Assembly: GCA_964459405.1 (NCBI GenBank)
Contig: CAYWMY010000003.1
Coordinates: 1-26,956, forward strand
Direction: 5' to 3'
DNA from: an uncultured Steroidobacteraceae bacterium
Lineage (GTDB): Bacteria > Pseudomonadota > Gammaproteobacteria > Steroidobacterales > Steroidobacteraceae
DNA: 26,956 nucleotides
Positions 19,137-25,920 of the stretch are shown here, piece after piece. The notes under the pieces were generated by a model, which saw only the letters and a program-made list of their open reading frames with translations, had not been told where the DNA came from and searched no databases. The position numbers were made by a program, and so were the translations under genes. Within the stretch, counting starts at the first letter, position 1, and each line of letters starts with the position of its first letter.

Positions 19137-20128
19137 GAGCCGTCCCCGATGAGGCGGCCCTCGCGTTCACGGAAGCCGGTCGCGGCGACGAATACATCCT
19201 CGAGCGAGGCGGAAACCCGCTCGACATGGGCATCGACGTTCGCGGCGCGAAGTGCCTGCACAACAGCATGCTCCGGCCGTTCCAGCTCGCGGCGCATCAA
19301 TACGTGCAGCCGGGCGCCGAGCTGCGCCATGCTGCGCACACCTTCGAGGGCCTGCAGCGTGGCGCGCACCACCTGCATGTCCACGGCCTCGACCTCGACC
19401 ACCGTCGCGTCGATTCCGGTCATGAGCCGCCGCGGCGCCCCCTCGGCGACGATGCGGCCGAGGTCCAGGATCGCGAGCCGGTGACAGCGCTCCGCCTCGT
19501 CCATGTAGTGTGTCGACACCAGGATCGTGGTGCCGAGCGCGGCGAGTTCGAACAGTCCCTCCCAGAAATCGCGGCGGCTCTGTGGATCGACGGCGCTCGT
19601 CGGCTCGTCGAGCAGCAGCAGTTCGGGTTCGTGCAGGGTCGCCGCCGCGAGCGCGAGCCGCTGGCGCTGGCCGCCGCTCAGCGTGCCCGCGCGCCGCCCG
19701 GCCAGCTCGACGAGCCGGTAGCGCGCCATGCGCTCGCCGACGCGGGCGTCACGCCGGGCCCTGGCAACGCCATAGATGCAGCTCATGAACTCCAGGTTCT
19801 CGCGCACCGTCAGGTCGTCCCAGAGCGAGAACTTCTGGGTCATGTACCCGAGCTTGCGTCGCACGGCATGCGCCGCGCGCGGCATCTCGTGCCCGAGCAC
19901 CCGCGCGAGGCCGGCACTCGGCGCCAGCAGGCCGCACAGTATCCTGAGCGTGGTCGACTTGCCGGAGCCGTTGGGCCCGAGGAAGCCGTAGATGTGGCCC
20001 CGCGGAATGTCGAGGTCGATACCCGCGACAGCCACCACCGGACCGAAGTGGCGCGACAGACCCCGCGCGACGATGGCAAGGCCGGGGTCGACATCCGGCA
20101 TGGCGGCAGCTGCAGCGCGGGCGCTCAT
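19133..20128 (-). CDS. ABC exporter ATP-binding subunit
   Basis: Walker A GPNGSGKS, signature LSGGQ, Walker B LLLDEPT, H-loop STHY. Confidence 0.93.
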   Translation of the reverse strand: MSARAAAAAMPDVDPGLAIVARGLSRHFGPVVAVAGIDLDIPRGHIYGFLGPNGSGKSTTLRILCGLLAPSAGLARVLGHEMPRAAHAVRRKLGYMTQKFSLWDDLTVRENLEFMSCIYGVARARRDARVGERMARYRLVELAGRRAGTLSGGQRQRLALAAATLHEPELLLLDEPTSAVDPQSRRDFWEGLFELAALGTTILVSTHYMDEAERCHRLAILDLGRIVAEGAPRRLMTGIDATVVEVEAVDMQVVRATLQALEGVRSMAQLGARLHVLMRRELERPEHAVVQALRAANVDAHVERVSASLEDVFVAATGFREREGRLIGDGS

Positions 20129-21105
20129 GGGTTGCGGGCATCATGCAGCAGGCGCACCTGCGCCGGTACGCCGACCGGCAGCGCCGCGGCTTCGCGATCG
20201 ATGAGCTCCACTTCCGTGAGGAACGCGAGCCGGGCCCGCTCGCGCTGGGTCAGCGCGTAGTACGGTGTAAACGCCGCTTCGTTGCTGACGTAGCGCACGC
20301 GCCCGCGAAAGACCCGGTCGATGCCGTCGACGCGCACCTCGGCCGGCGTGCCGATGCGCACCGCCGTGCGCCGCGGCTCGGGCACGTAGATGCGGACCCA
20401 GGGTGCGCCATCGGCGAGCAGCACGGCCACGGTGGCACCCGCGGGCGGCCGTTCGCCGCGCTCGTACGGCAGACTGTCGAGCCAGCCCGGCACCGGCGCA
20501 CGGATCTCGAGCCTGCCCGAGGTGACCTCGAGCTCCCGCACGCGCGCAGCGGCAGCGGCCTGCGCCGAACGGGCCTGATCGATCTGCTCGGCACGCGTCC
20601 CGCGGACCAGGAGACCGAGCTCGGCCTCGGCGCGGCGCAGCTCCGCCTGCGCGGCATCGCGCAGTGCCCGCTGCCGGTCGAGGTCCGCCATCGGCAGCAG
20701 CTGCTTCGCAACGACCGTACTGATGCGCGCAAATTCCTGTTCCTCGGCCAGCGCCCGGGCGCGCGCCGCGTCCAGCGCGGCGGCCGCGGCGCGGATTTCC
20801 TCGCGGCGCGGGCCCTCGATGAGCTCATCGAGTCGCTGGCGCGCCTGCGCCTCGGCTGCGCGAGCCGCCGCGAGCCGCGCGTCGACGGCCCTCCGGTCCT
20901 GCCGCAGCACGGGCTGACCCGCGGCGAGATGCGCCCCCTCACGCGCGTCGATGGCCACGATCGGCTCGGAAACCTCCGCGACGAGTTCGACACGGTCGCG
21001 CTCCAGCGTGCCGAGCAGGGCGTCATCGGGATCGCGTTCGCAGCCGGCCAGCAACGCACAGCCCAGGACGACCCCCGTCATCCGGATACTCCACCCCGGG
21101 CTCAT
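20125..21105 (-). CDS. HlyD-family periplasmic adaptor (YbhG-like), predicted lipoprotein
   Basis: Lipobox LAGC, lipoyl halves (GAHLAAGQPV, IRAPVPG), a long alanine-rich hairpin, FTPYY. Start set at ATG 21105 with GGGG upstream; the track start is 21129. Confidence 0.88.
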   Translation of the reverse strand: MSPGWSIRMTGVVLGCALLAGCERDPDDALLGTLERDRVELVAEVSEPIVAIDAREGAHLAAGQPVLRQDRRAVDARLAAARAAEAQARQRLDELIEGPRREEIRAAAAALDAARARALAEEQEFARISTVVAKQLLPMADLDRQRALRDAAQAELRRAEAELGLLVRGTRAEQIDQARSAQAAAAARVRELEVTSGRLEIRAPVPGWLDSLPYERGERPPAGATVAVLLADGAPWVRIYVPEPRRTAVRIGTPAEVRVDGIDRVFRGRVRYVSNEAAFTPYYALTQRERARLAFLTEVELIDREAAALPVGVPAQVRLLHDARNP

Positions 21106-21180
21106 CGCGCGCATCCCCTTCGTGGACACGACAGGCCTGGCGCGAACCCGGGCGGGTCACGACTCATGCACGATCGGGGT

Positions 21181-21423
21181 TCAGCTGCGCGGTGCCTCAT
21201 GATCCCGGGGTGCTGGCGGGCTGGCGTCCTCCGGGCCCGGCATCACGAACCAAAGCAGCAGGTACGCGACGATGCCGGGAAGACCGCCGGTCAGGATGGT
21301 CGCGATGGCCACCGCGACCCGCACGCGATCCTTCGGCCAGCCGAGACGTTCGGCGATGCCGCCGCAGACCCCGCCGATCATGCGGTCACGCGAACGCCGC
21401 CAGACCACATTCGCTCCGTTCAT
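21181..21423 (-). CDS. pspC: PspC-domain membrane protein (80 aa)
   Basis: WRRSRDRMIGGVCGGIAERLGW, one TM segment, and YLLLWFVMP. ATG at 21421-21423 with GGGGG upstream. Confidence 0.85.
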   Translation of the reverse strand: MNGANVVWRRSRDRMIGGVCGGIAERLGWPKDRVRVAVAIATILTGGLPGIVAYLLLWFVMPGPEDASPPAPRDHEAPRS

Positions 21424-21555
21424 CGCGATACCCCCCATGACGGATCCTGAACCCGGCAGGCCGGGCCTGTCCTGCCCGCGCTCCGGGCCCGCCCCGCCGT
21501 GGCGGCGCGGCCGGACATACAACCGCGCGCCGCGGAGGCCGCCCCGCGCGCACGA

Positions 21556-22224
21556 TCAGCGCGCGAACAGCCTCGCTGGTGAGAACGCCCGCGCGCGCGC
21601 GCGGGCATGCTCGACGATCAGCCGATAATCGCTGGTCAGAACGCGTGGATCATGCGGTGCCGGGAAAGTGGCAACCAGAGCGCCCGAAGGACCCACGACA
21701 AACAGGCTCGAGCCATGCTCGATCGTGTAAGTTCCATCCGGGCGCACGATGCGCGCATACCCCAGCCCGAAAACCTGCGCCGTACGCGAGATCGCCTGCG
21801 GCGTGCCGGTCGCGGCCAGGAATCCCGGATTGAACGACCGCACATAGGATTGCAGTCGTGCGGCGTCGTCCCGTTCCGGATCAACCGTGATCAGCAGCAC
21901 GCGCGGACGGTCGGTGGCGGGAATGTCCTGCAGCTGGCGGTCCACCTGCGCGAGCATCGCGAGCGTGGTCGGGCAGACATCCGGGCAGGCCGTGAAGCCG
22001 AAGAAGACCAGGGTCCAGTGACCCTTGAACGCGTCCTCGCCGAAGGGCCGTCCGTCCTGGTCCGTGAGCGACAGAGCCGGCAGTGCGCCCGACTCGCTCA
22101 GCAGAGAAGCGCGCACCAGGGGTGGCGGCGCGGGCGGCGAGAACAGTGCGCGCGCGGCCAGGTACCCGAGTACCGTGGCGCCGACCACCAGCACGACGAG
22201 GCGGATCACCCGTGCGGTTGTCAT
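21556..22224 (-). CDS. SCO/SenC-family copper chaperone, N-terminally anchored (222 aa)
   Basis: FFGFTACPDVCP (CxxxCP), ITVDPERD, and a conserved His in IEHGS. ATGA overlap with the hemerythrin stop. Confidence 0.92.
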   Translation of the reverse strand: MTTARVIRLVVLVVGATVLGYLAARALFSPPAPPPLVRASLLSESGALPALSLTDQDGRPFGEDAFKGHWTLVFFGFTACPDVCPTTLAMLAQVDRQLQDIPATDRPRVLLITVDPERDDAARLQSYVRSFNPGFLAATGTPQAISRTAQVFGLGYARIVRPDGTYTIEHGSSLFVVGPSGALVATFPAPHDPRVLTSDYRLIVEHARARARAFSPARLFAR

Positions 22225-22631
22225 GGCTGCGGCTGCTTCCCGGCAACGAAGCGGTGCAGGCGCACATCGAAGCTCGCGAAATGATCCCCGAACCACGCCG
22301 ACAGACGCTCCGAGAAACGGGCCTCGTCGAGAATGCCCTGCTCGCTGACCTCGTCCATGATGTCGCGGATGTCATCGAGCAGCCGCTCGTGATCCTGCTT
22401 GTGTGCATCACGCTCGGGATAGCGCATGGCCTGCATGGACTTCTCTTCCAGCGCGAAATGCGCCGAAATGCGCGCGAGGATCTCGCCGAGGAATCCCTCG
22501 ACACGCTCAGGTGAATGATCCGTGCCGAGAGCAGCGTGCAGATCGTTGATCAGCTGGATCATCTCGCGATGCTCATGGTCCACTTCGGCGATGCCGATGC
22601 TGAACCGGTCCTGCCATTCGAGCACACCCAT
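22221..22631 (-). CDS. Single-domain bacterial hemerythrin (di-iron), 136 aa
   Basis: LEWQDRFSIGIAEVDHEH, HFALEE, HKQDH and HFASFD supply the usual His/Glu/Asp ligand pattern. ATG at 22629-22631 overlaps the upstream TAA; the track start at 22868 is an extension. Confidence 0.92.
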   Translation of the reverse strand: MGVLEWQDRFSIGIAEVDHEHREMIQLINDLHAALGTDHSPERVEGFLGEILARISAHFALEEKSMQAMRYPERDAHKQDHERLLDDIRDIMDEVSEQGILDEARFSERLSAWFGDHFASFDVRLHRFVAGKQPQP

Positions 22632-24745
22632 TACCGCGTCTCCCCGCCCGACAGCGTCGCCGGCACGAGCCGACGACCGAAACTGAAGGCGTTCTCCTTG
22701 CCGCGGAAGTCGATGACGAAATTCTCGCCGGGGGTGACCGTCACGGGGGCCGAGGTCGAGTAGTCGAATCCCGATGCACGCCCGCCGTCCCGCACACGGA
22801 CCGACGCCACGTGCGTGCCGGCCGGCACGCGGAAGCGCGCATAGACCGTCGACGGCCCGTCGTCCCACAGACCCGCCGGCTGATAGGTACCCGCGTGCAT
22901 ACGCCTGCCATCCAGGTCGAACTCGACGTATACGGGCCAGCGGCCGCGTTCACAGGTCGTCGGCCGGCGCTCTTCGAACGGCAGCTTCGCAAGCTCATCC
23001 GGCGTATAGCGCTTGCAGGGCTTCAGCGGCTGACCCGCGTGGCTGAAGCTCAGTTTCACCATGGCTTCGTCACGACCGAGCAGGCCGTAGGCCGGGCGGG
23101 TCGCGAACCAGGCAATGAACACAGCGACACCCGCAAGCACGGCCACCTGTCCAGCCACCCGGAGCGGCATGAGCAGCTGCCGCGGCGTGGCATGCCAGGC
23201 CCTGCCCGTGCGCCCCCTGGTCGGCGCTCCCGCGCGCTCGCGCAGCTGCGCACGGAACTCGCGCAGCTCATGCTGCAGGCGTCGGCCCTCGACCGCCGTG
23301 GTCCAGGAGACGGCGACGCGGTCGCGATCGACACGCTCGCGCAGGTACGGGTCGCGCTCGCTCGCGATGCGCTGCTCGACCCAGCGATCGCCCAGGCGGT
23401 GGAAGCAGTCGCCCGGGGCACACCCCGCGATCAGCACGCCGTCCGCCAGTTTCTTCGAGACCGCGAAATCAATGAACGACGGCGGCAGCATGCCCACGCA
23501 GGGCGCGGCGATCACGGCGACGCCGGGGTCCCGCAGCTGTTCGGCGCGGGTCGCGGGCTCGCAGCGGAACACGAGCACACGATCCTCGCCCTGCAGCGCT
23601 CCGGCCTCGGCCACCACGCGTTCACGGAGGGCCTCGATCGGCCGGTCCCCGAGCTCGATGCCGGGCACGAGCGCGCTCGAGCGCCGGAACGGCGTGGCCG
23701 TGGGGCATGCGCCCACGCACAGGCCGCAACTCGTGCACGCGTCGGGGTCGACGCGTGCCTCCTGATCGAACGTGAGCCCGTCGCTGCGCGGTACCATGGT
23801 AATGGCGCCATACGGACAGTCCGCGAAACAGCGCCCGCAGCCGTTGCAGTTGTCCAGGTGCACCACGGCGGGGGCCGGCTTGCGCAGCGGCGGCAGCCAG
23901 GGCATCAGCGTCAGCAGCACACTGCCGCCGACCAGCAGGGCCCAGAGCGTCCGGCCGTCCAGATAATCGAGCAGCGGGTAGACCGCGAGGTAGAACCAGT
24001 CGAGCCCGACCTCGAAGGCCATACGGTCGAGGTCGGCCGGCGCCTGGCTCAGGGCCGGCACGACCAGCGACAGCAGCAGCAGCGATCCGATCACCATCAG
24101 GCTGAGCGCTCGCGGCGGGTTGACGCGCGCGTGTGCATGCCGCTGGATGTGCACCCACATCATGAGCAGCATCACCAGCGGCACGGCGATGTGGATGTAG
24201 GCCATCAGCGTAAAGAAGCGGCCGCTCAGGTGCGTGCTGTCGAGGAAGTTGCGCGCGATGGGTTCGGCGAAGATGCCGATGCTGTCCAGCCATTCAGAGG
24301 TCGTGATCGCGACGTACTGTGCGAGCGCGTCCCATGCGAGCCAGTAGCCCGTGATGCCGCTGGCGTACAGGAACCAGAGCAGCGGCACGCCCGTGACCCA
24401 GGGGAACCAGCGGTTGCCGCGCATCCGGTCGAGCGAGAACTCCCGCAGCACGTGCAGCAGCACGACGATGACCATGCCGTCGGACGCGTAGCGGTGCAGG
24501 CTGCGCATGATGCCGCCCAGATACCACTGGTCGACCGACAGCTTCTCCAGCGAGCTGTACGCCTGCGTGACACCGGTATCGAAGAAGATGTAGACGTAGA
24601 TGCCCGTGACGGCGACGATCCAGAACAGGAACCAGCCGAGCGGTCCCAGGTGCACCATGGGATTCAGCGTCGGGCCGAAGATCGCGGCGCAGAACTGTTC
24701 GAGGCGCGCGAAGAACACGCGCAATGGAGCCTTGATGAAATTCAA
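22631..24745 (-). CDS. Cytochrome b / 2x[4Fe-4S] ferredoxin / MvhD-FlpD [2Fe-2S] / membrane-anchored C-terminal domain fusion (704 aa)
   Basis: Heme-b His pairs H84/H98 and H185/H199, GYWLAWD, CNGCGRCFADCP and CTSCGLCVGACP, MvhD-like C395, C416 and GCAPGDC (C442, C447), a TM segment at about 530-549, and a beta-rich C-terminus with C577 and C598. TTG start overlaps the upstream TGA. Confidence 0.88.
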   Translation of the reverse strand: MNFIKAPLRVFFARLEQFCAAIFGPTLNPMVHLGPLGWFLFWIVAVTGIYVYIFFDTGVTQAYSSLEKLSVDQWYLGGIMRSLHRYASDGMVIVVLLHVLREFSLDRMRGNRWFPWVTGVPLLWFLYASGITGYWLAWDALAQYVAITTSEWLDSIGIFAEPIARNFLDSTHLSGRFFTLMAYIHIAVPLVMLLMMWVHIQRHAHARVNPPRALSLMVIGSLLLLSLVVPALSQAPADLDRMAFEVGLDWFYLAVYPLLDYLDGRTLWALLVGGSVLLTLMPWLPPLRKPAPAVVHLDNCNGCGRCFADCPYGAITMVPRSDGLTFDQEARVDPDACTSCGLCVGACPTATPFRRSSALVPGIELGDRPIEALRERVVAEAGALQGEDRVLVFRCEPATRAEQLRDPGVAVIAAPCVGMLPPSFIDFAVSKKLADGVLIAGCAPGDCFHRLGDRWVEQRIASERDPYLRERVDRDRVAVSWTTAVEGRRLQHELREFRAQLRERAGAPTRGRTGRAWHATPRQLLMPLRVAGQVAVLAGVAVFIAWFATRPAYGLLGRDEAMVKLSFSHAGQPLKPCKRYTPDELAKLPFEERRPTTCERGRWPVYVEFDLDGRRMHAGTYQPAGLWDDGPSTVYARFRVPAGTHVASVRVRDGGRASGFDYSTSAPVTVTPGENFVIDFRGKENAFSFGRRLVPATLSGGETR

Positions 24746-25536
24746 TGTACGTTCCGCCAGGAAAGGACGATGGCAACGCCCACCATGCCGAGTGCAAGCA
24801 CTCCCGCGACGATCTCCATGATGAGCGAGGGATCGAAGCGATACTTGCCGCTCGCTGGATCATAGATGGTACACAACAGCTTGACCGAGCGGACGAGGTC
24901 GGACAGCGACCCTCGCTCGAGCGCCTGGCCGCGGATCAGCTGCTTCAGCGGCTCGACGAGCGCGGGCGGCCGGAGGTCCTGCCCGTAGACCTGCAGCGCG
25001 ACACGTCCGCCGGGGTCGATGACCGTGGTCTGGATGATGTGATCGAAACCCTTGGGCGACGCCTTGTAGCTGAAACCCACGTCGCGCATGAGTCTCTCCA
25101 TGGTCGCGGCGTCGGTGCTGGCGAAGATCCAGTCGGGCGTCACGACGCCGCGTTCCCGGGCGTAGAGACGCATGCGCTCCGGCGTGTCGTTCGGGGTGTC
25201 GAAGCCCACCGTCAGTACCGTGAAGCTCCCCGGCCCCAGTGCCTGCCGCGCAAGCTTCACGACCTCGCGCAGGTTCACGGTCAGCCCGGAGCAGATCGCA
25301 TAGCAGCTCGTATAGACAAGGCTCAGCACCACCGGCCTGCCGCGCAGTTCAGCGAAGCTGAACCGCGTGCCATCAGCGTCGATCAGCGCATGGTCACCGA
25401 CGACCCGGCCGATCGCCGCCTGGCTCGCGGCCAGTTCGGGATTCTCCGTGACGGGCACGGACCGGGCCGCAAGCAACGGCAGCAACCACAGCGCTGCAAC
25501 CACGGCCGCCCGGAATCTCGTTTGCACTGAAGGCAT
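24742..25536 (-). CDS. SCO-family protein with a signal peptide and a C-terminal TM anchor (264 aa)
   Basis: YTSCYAICS (C78xxxC82), TVGFDTPNDTP, His in GFDHII, and CTIYDPASGKY before a C-terminal hydrophobic helix. Confidence 0.87.
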   Translation of the reverse strand: MPSVQTRFRAAVVAALWLLPLLAARSVPVTENPELAASQAAIGRVVGDHALIDADGTRFSFAELRGRPVVLSLVYTSCYAICSGLTVNLREVVKLARQALGPGSFTVLTVGFDTPNDTPERMRLYARERGVVTPDWIFASTDAATMERLMRDVGFSYKASPKGFDHIIQTTVIDPGGRVALQVYGQDLRPPALVEPLKQLIRGQALERGSLSDLVRSVKLLCTIYDPASGKYRFDPSLIMEIVAGVLALGMVGVAIVLSWRNVH

Positions 25537-25615
25537 GTCCCGACCGCCGTCCCGTCAGCCCGCCCCGGGGCCACAGGTGGCTGCACCCGCCCCCCGCAAC
25601 AGCGGCACCCGCGTC

Positions 25616-25629
25616 TTGTCTCGCACCAA
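25616..25629. promoter_or_regulatory. Possible Crp/Fnr-family (FNR/DNR/NnrR) box
   Basis: TTGGT-GCGA-GACAA on the minus strand keeps the TTG-N8-CAA core but has 3 mismatches to TTGAT-N4-ATCAA. It lies 80 bp upstream of the SCO start. No clear -10 element. Confidence 0.3.
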
Positions 25630-25881
25630 GCGACTCTCCCGGATCGGCTCGAGGCCGCGCGCCGCCACAGGGTGGCAGCAGCCCGAGCCGGGCGGTTGCG
25701 ATCGATGGTACAACGGCGGGAGCCCGAAATGTGCCCGTGCACCGCGCAAGGGGGCTCAGGCTGAACGACAGGACCGGGACGAGGGAGCCGTCGCGTCGCA
25801 TGTCCGCGACCGCGGCATCGGATGGGCGCCGTGGCCACTTCGGGCGCCCGACGCCCGTTCGATTCTGGAAATCCGGGTGCC

Positions 25882-25913
25882 GCGCCCGCGCACAGCCCTC
25901 TGTGCGCGGGCGC
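25882..25913 (-). terminator. Perfect 14-bp GC hairpin 7 nt after the subunit I stop
   Basis: GCGCCCGCGCACAG-CCCT-CTGTGCGCGGGCGC. No U-tract follows on the minus strand, so it is a 3'-protecting stem or partial terminator rather than a classic one. Confidence 0.55.
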
Positions 25914-25920
25914 CTCGAGG

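Noticed and set aside
16881-19484. Long antisense or alternate-frame ORFs (867 aa here; also 8728-10914, 7044-8702, 22811-24865, 3551-4951 and many shorter ones)
   Set aside because: They are Arg/Ala/Pro/Gly-rich, lack motifs and lie over well-supported genes. Such shadow ORFs are expected at high GC.
23246-23584. Hydrogenase or heterodisulfide reductase at this locus, suggested by the MvhD/FlpD domain
   Set aside because: No NiFe large subunit, HdrA/B/C or maturation genes are in the window. The domain is better read as a generic [2Fe-2S] relay.
25696-25740. Other promoter-like motifs in the gap (TTG-N12-CAA, TACCAT, GG-N10-GC)
   Set aside because: Wrong spacing for FNR, no matching -35, and the sigma54 -12 element reads GGGC rather than TTGC.
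25555-25749. 64-aa minus-strand ORF in the gap between subunit I and SCO
   Set aside because: No TM helix, motif or convincing SD, and a composition typical of non-coding GC-rich DNA. It is not a credible small oxidase subunit.
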